Positions 17,481-27,071 of a stretch of DNA of 64,000 nt are shown piece after piece. The stretch's first letter is position 1, and each line of letters opens with the position of its first letter. The notes beneath the pieces were generated by a model. It saw only the letters and a list, made by a program, of their open reading frames with translations, was not told the DNA's origin and searched no databases. Both the position numbers and the translations under genes were made by a program. The stretch lies in assembly GCA_963728205.1 (NCBI GenBank), contig CAVSIV010000006.1, positions 1,664,001 to 1,728,000 of the forward strand, in the 5' to 3' direction. The stretch is from an uncultured Chloroflexia bacterium (GTDB taxonomy: Bacteria; Chloroflexota; Dehalococcoidia; UBA2979).

Positions 17481-18212
17481 GTGCTGCAGGCACTCACGAT
17501 CGGCGCGGTGGCGTTCGGCATCGGGTTGAGCGGCGCGCTCAGCCCGGGCCCGCTCACGGTGCTCGCCGTGCGCGAGGCGCCGCGTCGCGGCTGGTGGGCC
17601 GGCCCGCTCGCGACCGCGGGGCACGCGGTCGTCGAGGCGGTGCTCGTGATCGCGCTCGCGCTCGGACTCGCGGCGTTCGTGAAGCAGGGGACCGGCACCG
17701 CGGTGATCGCGTTCCTCGGCGGCGCGCTGCTCGTGTGGATGGGCGTCGGCCTGCTGCGGACGTTTCCGCACGCGTCGCTCGGCGGCGAGCTCGCCGTCGT
17801 GCGCGCCGAGGCCGCCGTCGCCGATCGCGCGGGGACCGGCGCGCCGCCCGCGGCGGCGCCGCCGCCTCGCGCCCGCGCGCCGCGGCCCGACCTGCGCGCG
17901 CTGCTCGCGGTCGCCCCGATGGGCGCGCTGGTCAGCGTCGCCAACCCCTACTGGGTGATCTGGTGGGCGACGGTCGGCACGAAGCTCACGTCGGACTCGC
18001 TGTCCATCGGCTGGCCCGGCCCGCTGGCCGTGTTCGCCGGGCACATCCTGTCCGACCTCGCATGGCTCAGCGGCATCGCGGCGCTCGTGTCGTCCGGCGG
18101 ACGCCGGTTTCGCGGCGACGGCTGGTATCGCGGGCTGCTCGGCGCCTGCGGGGTGTTCCTCGTCGCGATCGGCGTGTTCTTCGTCGTCAGCGGCGCACGC
18201 TTCCTCGCGTAG
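17481..18212 (+). CDS. LysE family transporter
   Basis: GLSGALSPGPL, GHAVVE, SVANPYWVIWWATVG. Confidence 0.88.
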   Translation: MLQALTIGAVAFGIGLSGALSPGPLTVLAVREAPRRGWWAGPLATAGHAVVEAVLVIALALGLAAFVKQGTGTAVIAFLGGALLVWMGVGLLRTFPHASLGGELAVVRAEAAVADRAGTGAPPAAAPPPRARAPRPDLRALLAVAPMGALVSVANPYWVIWWATVGTKLTSDSLSIGWPGPLAVFAGHILSDLAWLSGIAALVSSGGRRFRGDGWYRGLLGACGVFLVAIGVFFVVSGARFLA

Positions 18213-18338
18213 CCCGGTCCCGGGCGCCGCGCCGTAATACATCGCCCGGCCAACTGCGCTTCAATCTCTGGGCGCGAGATCGACCGCCCGCCGCGACCTC
18301 GCGTCCCGAACCCGTGTGAGGAATCGAGGAGGAACCGG

Positions 18339-18695
18339 ATGCCGAACCCCGTGGTGCACTTCGAGATCGAGGGGAAGGACGGGCCGAAGCTCCAGCAGTT
18401 CTACGCGGACCTCTTTGGCTGGAAGATCGACGCGAACAACCCGATGGCCTACGGCATCGTGGACAACGCCGGCGAGGGCATCAACGGCGGCGTCGCCGCC
18501 GGCGACACGCCGTACGTGACGGTCTACGTCGCGGTCGACGACCCGGCCGCCTACCTGGAGAAGGTGAAGTCGCTGGGCGGCGCCGTGGTGATGGACGTGA
18601 CCGAGATCCCCGGCATGGTGACGATGGCGCAGTTCCGCGACCCCGAGGGGAACATGGTCGGGATCATCAAGAACGAGCCTCCCCAGGCGGGATAG
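18339..18695 (+). CDS. VOC/glyoxalase family protein
   Basis: NPVVHFEI..FYADLFGW..FRDPEGN; GAGGAGG RBS. Confidence 0.92.
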   Translation: MPNPVVHFEIEGKDGPKLQQFYADLFGWKIDANNPMAYGIVDNAGEGINGGVAAGDTPYVTVYVAVDDPAAYLEKVKSLGGAVVMDVTEIPGMVTMAQFRDPEGNMVGIIKNEPPQAG

Positions 18696-18700
18696 GCGCG

Positions 18701-19765
18701 TCAGGCGGGCGGGCGACGTTCCGGTCGCTCGGGGTGACCGGCACCGGGAGCCGCCCGCCCGCCCCCGCTGCGCTCGTCGCCCACGACCGTGGGCTGAGGC
18801 CGGGGCTGCGCATGACCGTTCGTCTCGACCTGCGCGGGCTCGCCTCCGCGGCCGCTGAACTCCACGCGCCGGCGCGGCGTCGCGTCGATCTGCAGCTGGA
18901 ACACGTCCGGCCGCGAGTAGTGGCCGGCGATGTCGCCCATCGCCTTCCGCTCGCGCACCGTCTCCAGCGACACCTCCGCGGTGACAATCGTCTCCGCGCC
19001 CTGCGCGGCCTCGGCGACGACGCGGCCGCGCGGGTCGATGATCTGGCTGCGCGGCGCGAAGCGCGGCGGCGGCATCTCGCGAAAGCGCGGCGGCACGTCG
19101 TCGACGGACCCGCCGCCGCCGACGCTGACCACGAACGCGCCTGCCTGGAACGCGAAGGCGCGCGCGAGCAGCTCCGACTCCGACCCGGCGACGTCCGGCC
19201 AGGTCGCGACGTGCACCTGCGTCCCCTGCGCGGCGAGCGCGTAGCCGGGCAACATCATCTGGTGCTCCCAGCAGTTCAGCCCGCTCAGCCGCGCGTACGG
19301 CCGGTCATAGACGACGAGCGACGCCCCATCGCCCTCCGCCCACACGCGGCGCTCGGCGTCGGTCGGCTTCAGCTTGCGGTGGCGGCCGAGGATGCGCCCT
19401 TCGCGGCCGATGAAGAGGAGCGTGCAGTACACGCTGCCGCGCGTGTCCGGGTCGAGCTCGACGACGCCAATCGCGACGTCGGTGCCGGCGCCCCGGGCCG
19501 CTGCGACGAGCGCGTCGGTTTCGGGCCCGGGCACGCGCACCGCCTGGTCGATGTACGCCGCGCGCGCCTCGGTCTGCGGTCGGCTCCACGGATGGCTCGC
19601 CCAGTACGGGTAGCCCGGCAGCCACGTCTCGCCGAACGCCGCGAGGTCGGCGCCGCGCGCGCCCGCCTCCGCGATCAGCCGCACCGCCTTTTCGGTCGAG
19701 GCCGCCCGGTCGAAGAAGCAGGGCGCGGCCTGCACCGCCGCCAGCGTGAGGGTGTCGTCGCTCAT
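18701..19765 (-). CDS. nitrilase (carbon-nitrogen hydrolase)
   Basis: Catalytic triad motifs [23 protein letters not shown]; [12 protein letters not shown]. Confidence 0.92.
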   Translation of the reverse strand: MSDDTLTLAAVQAAPCFFDRAASTEKAVRLIAEAGARGADLAAFGETWLPGYPYWASHPWSRPQTEARAAYIDQAVRVPGPETDALVAAARGAGTDVAIGVVELDPDTRGSVYCTLLFIGREGRILGRHRKLKPTDAERRVWAEGDGASLVVYDRPYARLSGLNCWEHQMMLPGYALAAQGTQVHVATWPDVAGSESELLARAFAFQAGAFVVSVGGGGSVDDVPPRFREMPPPRFAPRSQIIDPRGRVVAEAAQGAETIVTAEVSLETVRERKAMGDIAGHYSRPDVFQLQIDATPRRRVEFSGRGGEPAQVETNGHAQPRPQPTVVGDERSGGGRAAPGAGHPERPERRPPA

Positions 19766-19898
19766 GGCAGCCTCCTCCGCCGGCGAGGATAGGCGCAGGG
19801 AGCCCGGCGGGGGCGCCGTACCGCGGCCGGCGCACGACTCGCATCGCCGAGCCGGCTTCGCCGGCGGATACGATCTCGCCGCACCGGGAGGTCCGCCG

Positions 19899-20348
19899 AT
19901 GACCACGCCCCACTACCAGCGCCCGAACTTCTTCACGCAGCACGTCTTCAACCCCGTGGTCGCATTCGCCACCGGCGTGCTCGGCATCAGCCTGAAGGGA
20001 TCGCGTGTCCTCTCGGTGCGCGGGCGCACGACCGGCGAGTGGCACAGCACGCCGGTCAACCCGCTGCCGTTCGAGGGCCGCCGCTACCTCGTCGCCCCGC
20101 GCGGGACCACGCAGTGGGTGCGCAACATTCGCGTCAGTCACGAGGGCCGCCTCCGCCACGGCCGGCGCCGCGAGACGATCCGCGTCGAGGAGGTGACCGA
20201 CGCGGAGAAGCCGCCGATCCTGCGCGCCTACCTGCGCGCCTGGGCGTGGGAGGTCGGCCAGTTCTTCGGCGGCGTCGGCCCCGACGCGCCCGAGTCCGAG
20301 CTGCTGCGCATCGCGCCGTCGCACCCGGTCTTTCGCATCGTCGAGTAG
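19899..20348 (+). CDS. deazaflavin(F420)-dependent nitroreductase family protein
   Basis: [30 protein letters not shown]. Confidence 0.85.
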   Translation: MTTPHYQRPNFFTQHVFNPVVAFATGVLGISLKGSRVLSVRGRTTGEWHSTPVNPLPFEGRRYLVAPRGTTQWVRNIRVSHEGRLRHGRRRETIRVEEVTDAEKPPILRAYLRAWAWEVGQFFGGVGPDAPESELLRIAPSHPVFRIVE

Positions 20349-20426
20349 CGGCCGTGGCCCGGCGCCGCGTGGGGCTGTGGGCGGCATCGCGGGGCGAAAG
20401 AGGGGGCGTCCGGGCCCGCTCGCCGG

Positions 20427-21812
20427 CTAGCGCTGCAGCAGCGCCGCGATCATCGCGCGCGCCACCGGTCCGGCCTGCGTCGAACCCGCGCCCGCGCGCT
20501 CCTTCAGCACCGCGACCGCGATCCGCGGGTGGTCGACCGGCGCGAACGCGATGAACACCGCGTGCGTCGGCTGCCCCGCGAAGACCTCCGCGGATCCGGT
20601 CTTCCCCCCGACGGTCACGCCCGGGATCGCCGCCGTGTTCGCCCAGCCCACGTCCACGCTGTGCTGCATGATCGCGGCCAGCGCGTGGGCGGTGTCCGCG
20701 GACATCCCGCGCCGCCACGTCGCCGGCGCCTCGTCCATGAACAGCCGCGGCACCGGCACCAGCCCGTTGTTCGCGGCGGCCGCCGTGATCAGCGCGAGCT
20801 CGAGCGGCGTCACCAGCAGCTCGCCCTGCCCGAAGGCCGTCGACGCGATCGCCGAGTCGCTCGTCAGGAACCCCGGCCCGCCGACCTGCCCCGCCGACGT
20901 CGTGAGGTCGAACGGCACCGCGTCGCTCACGCCGAGCGCGTCGGCCATCGCTTTGAGCCGGTCGGCGCCGAGCTCGACCCCGAGCTTCGCGAAGAACGTG
21001 TTGCACGAGTACGCGTAGGCGTCGGCGACCGTCTGCGTGTGTTTGCCGGGCGGCTCGTTGTGGCTCGTGATCGTGTGGCCGTCGATCGTGATGCTCTCGG
21101 GGCAGGTCGCCGGGTCCGACGCCTTCACCAGACCGGCCTGCAGCGCCGCGGCGAGCGTGACGGTCTTGAACGTCGACCCCGGCGTGTAGAGCCCCTCGGT
21201 CGCGCGGTTGAGCAGCGGGCTGTTCGGCTGCGCGCTCAGCGCCTGCCAGCCGGCGGCGTCGACGTTGTTCGGGTTGAACGTGGGGTTGCTGACCATCGCC
21301 AGCACCTGCCCGCTGACCGGGTCGATCGCGACCGCCGCGCCCGGCGCGCCGCCCATCGCCTGCTCTGCCGCGCGCTGCACCGCGGGGTCGAGCGTGAGCC
21401 GCACGTCGGCGCCGTGGTGTGGCCAGTGCACGAGGTTCTGCAGGCTCGCGATCAGGTCGGTCGGCGCGCGGCCCGCCAGCCGGTCGGCGGCGGCCGCCTC
21501 GGCGCCGGCGGCACCCACGCCGGCGATCGTGTAGCCGACGACCTGCGCCGCGCCGGGGTCGGTGTAGTGCCGCGCCGGCTTGCCGTCGGGCCCCGTGACG
21601 GTCTCGGCGAGCACGTTGCCGTCGCGGTCGAGCAGCCGGCCGCGATCGCCGGTCGTCGCCTCGCGCGCGATGCGGTCGCCGTTCACCACTGCGTCGTGCC
21701 GGAGCGAGTCGGCGCGCACGACCTGCCAGTAGCCGGACGCCAGCGCCAGCACGAAGAAGCCGCCGAGGAGCACGATCCCGGCCTGCACGCTGCGTCGGAC
21801 GAGCGGGCTCAC
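20427..21812 (-). CDS. pbpA: class B penicillin-binding protein (PbpA-like)
   Basis: SxxK (PGSTFK), SxN (YSCN), KTG motifs; N-terminal TM; GTGA overlap with rodA. Confidence 0.9.
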   Translation of the reverse strand: MSPLVRRSVQAGIVLLGGFFVLALASGYWQVVRADSLRHDAVVNGDRIAREATTGDRGRLLDRDGNVLAETVTGPDGKPARHYTDPGAAQVVGYTIAGVGAAGAEAAAADRLAGRAPTDLIASLQNLVHWPHHGADVRLTLDPAVQRAAEQAMGGAPGAAVAIDPVSGQVLAMVSNPTFNPNNVDAAGWQALSAQPNSPLLNRATEGLYTPGSTFKTVTLAAALQAGLVKASDPATCPESITIDGHTITSHNEPPGKHTQTVADAYAYSCNTFFAKLGVELGADRLKAMADALGVSDAVPFDLTTSAGQVGGPGFLTSDSAIASTAFGQGELLVTPLELALITAAAANNGLVPVPRLFMDEAPATWRRGMSADTAHALAAIMQHSVDVGWANTAAIPGVTVGGKTGSAEVFAGQPTHAVFIAFAPVDHPRIAVAVLKERAGAGSTQAGPVARAMIAALLQR

Positions 21813-23113
21813 GTCGCCCCTGCCTCGTCGACGGCCGCCCGCGGCCGCGCCGTCGCCACGATCAGCCCGAGCGCGGCCCAGTTCATCACCATCGACGATC
21901 CGCCGTAGCTGAGAAACGGCGTCGTCAGCCCCGCGAGCGGGAGCACGCGCAGCGCGCCGCCGATGGAGATCAGCGCCTGCAGTCCGAGGCTGACCGCGAG
22001 CCCCACCCCGAGCAGCAGCGCGAAGGGATCGCGCGCCCGTCGCATCACGAGCATGGCGGCGCGGCTGACCATCAGCGCGTACAGCAACACGACGGCCAGC
22101 GCCCCGACGAGCCCCCACTCCTCGCCGATCACCGCGAACGGGTAGTCGGTGTGCGCGGCCGGCACCAGCGTGGGGAAGCCGTACCCCGGACCCGTGCCGA
22201 TCACGCCGCCCGACGCCATCCCGCCGATCGCCGACAGGCTCTGGTAGCCGAGACCCCGCGGGTCGTTCCACGGGTTGAGCCACGCGGAGATGCGCTCGTG
22301 CACGTGGCCGGACAGGTGGTACGCGGCGAACGACAGGACGACGAACAGCACCGCCCCGATCACCACGTAGTCGAACCGCCCGAGCGCCAGGTAGAGGACC
22401 GCGAGGAACGTCGCGAACAGCAGCAGCGCCGGCCCGATGTCGTGCTGGAACAGCACGATCAGCAGCGACAGCGCGACCATCGCCGCCAGCGGCAGCAGGT
22501 CCTCGAGCGGCGGCATCGAGAGCGGACCCAGCCGCCACGCCGCGCCGGTCAGCGGCTCGCGACGCGACGTCAGGTACCCGGCCAGGAAGACGACGAAGAT
22601 GATGCGCAGCAGCTCGGACGGCTGAAAGGTGAACGGCCCGAACGCGAGCCACAGGCGCTCGTCGCTCCCGCCGGGGCCGGTGCCGAACGCGAACGTGAGC
22701 AGCATCAGCGCGATCGACAGCGTCAGCCACGTGTACTTGTAGCGGCGCGCCAGTTGCACGGCGCTCGGCAGCGCGATCACCGCGACGAACGCGGCCCACC
22801 CCAGCGCGGCCCACATGATCTGCCGCTCGAGCAGGTCCGGGCGCACGCGCGCCACGCTGACGGTGCCGAGCGCCACCGTCGTCCATGCGGCGCCCACCAG
22901 CAGCGAGTCCGCGCCGCGCCCCAGCACGCGCAGCACCGCCGGCGTCAGCAGCGCGAGCAGCCCGAGCGCGCCGAGCTCGACGAGCGTGCGCGGCGGCGTC
23001 GCCCCGTGTCGCATGCTCACGACGACCGCTGCCGGCCCGAGCACGAGCAGCAGCGCGGGCAGCAGCACCGCCGCGGGCGACCGGGGCGGCCGGGCGGCCG
23101 GCAGCGCCGTCAC
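21809..23113 (-). CDS. rodA: SEDS family protein RodA/FtsW
   Basis: FQPSE, HDIG, HTDYPFAVIGEEWG, LPLAGLTTPFLSYGGSS. Confidence 0.92.
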   Translation of the reverse strand: MTALPAARPPRSPAAVLLPALLLVLGPAAVVVSMRHGATPPRTLVELGALGLLALLTPAVLRVLGRGADSLLVGAAWTTVALGTVSVARVRPDLLERQIMWAALGWAAFVAVIALPSAVQLARRYKYTWLTLSIALMLLTFAFGTGPGGSDERLWLAFGPFTFQPSELLRIIFVVFLAGYLTSRREPLTGAAWRLGPLSMPPLEDLLPLAAMVALSLLIVLFQHDIGPALLLFATFLAVLYLALGRFDYVVIGAVLFVVLSFAAYHLSGHVHERISAWLNPWNDPRGLGYQSLSAIGGMASGGVIGTGPGYGFPTLVPAAHTDYPFAVIGEEWGLVGALAVVLLYALMVSRAAMLVMRRARDPFALLLGVGLAVSLGLQALISIGGALRVLPLAGLTTPFLSYGGSSMVMNWAALGLIVATARPRAAVDEAGAT

Positions 23114-23670
23114 GCGTCGCGCTCGACGGCCGGTATCGACAGCGAGCCCCCGGCCGTGTCTTCGGCCCGCGGCGTCGGCGCGACGCGCTCGACGAGCCGC
23201 AGCCCCACGGGCCCCACGTCGATCAGCGCGCCGGCCGTCAGCGGGACCGCCGCGTGCACCGGGCGGCCCTCGACACGCGTGCCGTTCGTCGAGCCGAGGT
23301 CCTCGATCCACCACGTGCCGTCGCGCCAGCGCACGCGGGCGTGGCGGGTCGACACGCGCGGGTCGTCGAGGTGCACGCCGCAGTCGGGGTCGCGCCCGAT
23401 CGTGGTGACGGCGGCCAGGGGGACATGGCGCGGGCGCTCGTCGGCGTCGCCCTCGCCGGCGAGCACCTCGAGCCAGGCGGGCGCGCGCGGCTGCTCGGCC
23501 CCGCCCACGGCGGCGCGCCCCGCGATCGCGATCGCGCCGGAGGCGCGCAGCTCGCGCCGCAGCGTCGTGAACCCCGTGAGCAGGAACAGGTACAGCACCG
23601 CCACCACCGCGACGCGCATCGCGAAGACGGCCAGCGACCAGGCTTCGGCCGGCGTGAGGTTACCGGCCAC
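23110..23670 (-). CDS. fhaB: membrane-anchored FHA domain protein (FhaB-like)
   Basis: N-terminal TM (VAVLYLFL), TIGRDPDC..VSTRHAR..DLGSTNGT. Confidence 0.85.
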   Translation of the reverse strand: MAGNLTPAEAWSLAVFAMRVAVVAVLYLFLLTGFTTLRRELRASGAIAIAGRAAVGGAEQPRAPAWLEVLAGEGDADERPRHVPLAAVTTIGRDPDCGVHLDDPRVSTRHARVRWRDGTWWIEDLGSTNGTRVEGRPVHAAVPLTAGALIDVGPVGLRLVERVAPTPRAEDTAGGSLSIPAVERDA

Positions 23671-24427
23671 GGACGCGCTCCGAGTCGTCGTGGTAGGTGA
23701 GCTCCGTGGAGCCGATGGCGAGCCGGTCGCCGTCGTGCAGCCGCGCGAAGTGCGCGCGCCGCCCGTTCACGTACACGCCGTTCGCGCTGTCGAGGTCGAA
23801 GACGACGCGCCCGCTCCCGGCGCGGCGGATCGCCGCGTGGTGGCGCGAGACCGCGGCGTCGTCGAGCACGAGATCGGCATCCTCGCCGCGGCCGATGCGG
23901 AACTCCGCGCGTGTGCCGAGGTCGGCGGCGCCGTCGCGCGCGACCGTGAGCCACGGCCCGGCCGGCCGCGCGCCGGGCGCCATCACGAGCGTGCGCCCGG
24001 CCGCGGGCCCGGTCCCCGGCCCCACCGCGGACGCCGCGCCGGCCGCGATCGTGTCGGCCGCTTCCGGCACGGCGAAGCCCACCGCGATGCGCAGCGCGCC
24101 GCCGGGCAGCGCGCCGTTCGGCACGAGGTGCACCGTGGCCGGCTCGATCAGCGACGCGCCGCGCTCGGCCGCCGCCTCCTCCACGCGCCGCTCGAGGCGC
24201 TGCTCGACGGCGTCGACGTCGGCCGTCATCCGCGCGAGCGTCCGCGGCGCGACCTCGACGCGGTAGTAGTGCGGCGCGAGGCGCTCGTGGCCGTCGACGA
24301 GGATCGCGTCCTCCATCGCCGCCTCCAGGCGCCGGGCCACGCGCGCCGGCGGCATGCGCCCGGCGAACAGTCGCTCGACACTGCCCTCGACGATCGCCGA
24401 CAGCGCGCGCTCGACGCGATTCAACAA
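23660..24427 (-). CDS. fhaA: FhaA-like protein (DUF3662 plus FHA)
   Basis: LNRVERALSAIVEG..LAPHYYRV N-domain; IGRG..VSRHHA..DLDSANGVYVNG; TTG start after GGAGG. Confidence 0.82.
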   Translation of the reverse strand: MLNRVERALSAIVEGSVERLFAGRMPPARVARRLEAAMEDAILVDGHERLAPHYYRVEVAPRTLARMTADVDAVEQRLERRVEEAAAERGASLIEPATVHLVPNGALPGGALRIAVGFAVPEAADTIAAGAASAVGPGTGPAAGRTLVMAPGARPAGPWLTVARDGAADLGTRAEFRIGRGEDADLVLDDAAVSRHHAAIRRAGSGRVVFDLDSANGVYVNGRRAHFARLHDGDRLAIGSTELTYHDDSERVRGR

Positions 24428-24559
24428 CGGCGGACGCTCCTCCGGGGTGGTGCGGTTCGTCGGCGCGACGGGCCTCGGTACAATCTGAGTGTCGCACGCG
24501 AGATTACGCTCCGGCATGGCCGGGGGCGAAGGGGTGTCGATGGGCGGGGCAGGGCGCGG

Positions 24560-26032
24560 ATGACGTGGTCGCACGCGGTCGAGGAGCGGTACGCGCTCGA
24601 CGAGCCGCCCGCGCCCGGCGCCGTCCGCGGCACGGACCGCAAGCTCGACCGGCATGTGGTGCTGTGGACGGTCGAGGGGCGCGACCCGCCGGCGCGCGAG
24701 GCGCTGCTGGCGCTGGCGCGTGGCTGCAGCCGGCTCGCGCACCCGCTCTTCCTCAAGGTGCTCGACGTCGCGGACGCGCCGGCGCGGCTCGCGGTCGTGC
24801 TGCAGTCGCCGGGCGAGGCGACGCTCGAGCAGCAGGCCGGCTCGCTGCCGACGCTCGTGGCGGTGTCGCTCACGCTCGAGGTCGCGACCGCGCTGCAGGA
24901 CGCGCGGCGCGTGGGTCTGGAGCCGCGGCAGCTGCCGCTGCGCTACCTGCACTTCGACCCCGAGGGCGTGCGCATCGACCCGCTCGGCGTGTTCGCCGCG
25001 ACACCGCGCGGCGCCGCCGCGAACGGCGCGGAGCCAGATGCCGCGGCGACGCCGGCGGTGTCGCTGCTGTGCGACCTGCTCGAGGAGTTGCTCGGCCGGA
25101 CGGAGGGCGCGCCCGACCGTTTCGACCCGGGTCGCGGGGCGGCGCGCAGCCTCGTCGCACGCTGGCGCGAACGCGCGGCAGCGCAGCCGGCGGACGACGG
25201 CGCGCTGCCGGCGTTTGTCTCGGAGCTGCGCGTGCTGCTGGGGCGCTGGGAGGGGCGCGCCGCGGCCGAGCCGGCCGCGGACGTCGCGCCGGGCGCCGCG
25301 ACTGCGGCGGCGCCGCAGCCGCGCCCGGCGGCCGCCGCCACGCCCGAAGCGCCGACCGTGCGGCTGCGGCGCCCGCCGGAGTCCGCGCTACGCGCGCGCC
25401 GCGAGGCGCGCGGCGGGGCGAGCGGCTGGCGCCGTCTGCTGCCGCCCCCGTTCCGCGGCGGCGAGCCCACCGCGCCGGCCGCGACCGCGACCACCACCCT
25501 CGCGCTCCCCGGGGCCGCGCCCGCGCGTCGGGGTCGCGCGGACGCCGGCGGCGCCCGCGTCGGCGTGCGCCCGTTGCTCGTCGTGCTCGCGACGCTCGTC
25601 TTCGGCGGCGCGGTCCTGCTCGCGGTATCGCCCGCGGCACGCGACACGCTGCGCGCGCACGTGCCGGCCCTGCCGGCGATCACGCTCGGCGGCGAAGGCA
25701 ACGGCGGCGGCGCGGGCGGCAGCGGCGGCTCGCAGCGCGCCGTCGCGACCGCGCCGGCGCCGGCGGCCGGGAAGGTGACGGTGAGCGTCGTCGCGCAGGA
25801 GCCCACCGTGGTGCGCGTCACCGTCGACGGCGCGCAGGCCTACAGCGGCACGCTGCGCGCCGGCCAGGGCGGCTCGTGGCAGGGGACCCAGCGGGTCGAG
25901 GTCTGGACGGACCACGGCAAGACGCTGCAGATCACGATCAACGGCTACGCGCTGGGCGCGTACTCGCCGGCGATGGGCCACCCCGACTGGAACCACATCG
26001 ACTACGGCTTCGGACCGGGCTGGAAACCGTGA
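24560..26032 (+). CDS. membrane pseudokinase with C-terminal DUF4115/RodZ-like domain
   Basis: Kinase-like N-terminus (RYAL..TDRKLDRHVVL..LAHP..KVLDV) lacking Gly-loop, VAVK Lys, HRD and DFG; one TM; VRVTVDG..YSGTL.AG..LQITING ectodomain. Confidence 0.7.
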   Translation: MTWSHAVEERYALDEPPAPGAVRGTDRKLDRHVVLWTVEGRDPPAREALLALARGCSRLAHPLFLKVLDVADAPARLAVVLQSPGEATLEQQAGSLPTLVAVSLTLEVATALQDARRVGLEPRQLPLRYLHFDPEGVRIDPLGVFAATPRGAAANGAEPDAAATPAVSLLCDLLEELLGRTEGAPDRFDPGRGAARSLVARWRERAAAQPADDGALPAFVSELRVLLGRWEGRAAAEPAADVAPGAATAAAPQPRPAAAATPEAPTVRLRRPPESALRARREARGGASGWRRLLPPPFRGGEPTAPAATATTTLALPGAAPARRGRADAGGARVGVRPLLVVLATLVFGGAVLLAVSPAARDTLRAHVPALPAITLGGEGNGGGAGGSGGSQRAVATAPAPAAGKVTVSVVAQEPTVVRVTVDGAQAYSGTLRAGQGGSWQGTQRVEVWTDHGKTLQITINGYALGAYSPAMGHPDWNHIDYGFGPGWKP

Positions 26033-26938
26033 CCCGCGAGCCCCGCGACGCGCCGAACGGCGATCCCGCCGGCGAGGCGGCCGAAGAGCCGAGCGCCGCC
26101 CACGCCGCCGACATCCGTCCCGGCGCGGTGCTCGCCGGCCGCTATGCGATCGAGCGCACGATGGCGACCGGCGGCATGGGCGCGATCCTGCTCGCGCGCG
26201 ACCGGCTGCTCGACCGGCCGGTCGCCGTGAAGGTGCTCCACCCGTACCTCGCCGGCGGCCCCGAGGCGCAGCGCTTCCTCAGCGAAGGCCGCGTGCTGGC
26301 CGCGCTCGTCCACCCCAACCTCGCGGCCGTCTACGACATGGACGAGGCCGACGAACTCCCCTACCTGGTCATGGAGTACGTCGAGGGCGAGAGCCTGGCG
26401 ACGCTGCTCGACCGCGAGGGCCGTCCACCGCTGGCGACGTCGGTGGCGTGGGCGACGCAGAATCTGCGACGCGCTCGAGTACATCCACGAGCGCGGCGTC
26501 GTGCATCGCGACGTGAAGCCGCAGAACCTGATCGTGACGCCGTCGGGCGCGATCCGGCTCGTCGATTTCGGCATCGCCCGCGCGTCGGACGCGACCGAGC
26601 TGACGATGCCCGGGTCGATCCTCGGCACCGCGCACTACCTCGCGCCGGAGCTCGTCGCCGGCGAGCCGGCGTCGGTGCGGTCGGACCTCTACGCGCTGGG
26701 CGTCGTGCTCTACCGGCTCTTCACCGGCCGGCTGCCGTTCCCCGGCGACGACCCGCTCGCGGTCGCGATGCGCCACCGCACGGACCCGATACCCCCGCCG
26801 TCCGAGGTCGTCACGGACCTGCCGCCGGGCGTGGAGGAGATCCTGTTGCGGCTGCTCGAGAAGGACCCCGAGCGCCGCTACGCCAGCGCCGGCGACGTCG
26901 CGGTCGCGCTGGCCGGCGTGCGCGCCGCGACGGGGTAG
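26029..26938 (+). CDS. Hanks-type Ser/Thr protein kinase, catalytic domain only, with one frameshift near 26461
   Basis: ATGGMG, VAVKVL, LVMEYVEG in one frame; HRDVKPQN, DFGIAR, YLAPE, SDLYALG in the next; removing one A at CAGAATCTGC restores Q-I-C-D-A-L. Confidence 0.88.
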
Positions 26939-26948
26939 GGGCCACATC

Positions 26949-27042
26949 CCACAGCGGCGGCAGACATGCCGCCGACAGGGCGCGGACGCAGTCCGCGGCT
27001 GGCGCCGCCGATCTGTCGGCGGCGTGTCTGCCGCCGCTGTGG
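26949..27042. repeat. REPIN family A copy 2
   Basis: CCACAGCGGCGGCAGACATGCCGCCGACA...TGTCGGCGGCGTGTCTGCCGCCGCTGTGG. Confidence 0.9.
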
Positions 27043-27071
27043 CGCAGTCAGGGGCCGTTCGGGTCGAGGAG

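Noticed and set aside
26455-26470. Programmed ribosomal frameshift in the kinase
   Set aside because: No slippery heptamer; neighbouring indels in lhr point to sequence error or decay
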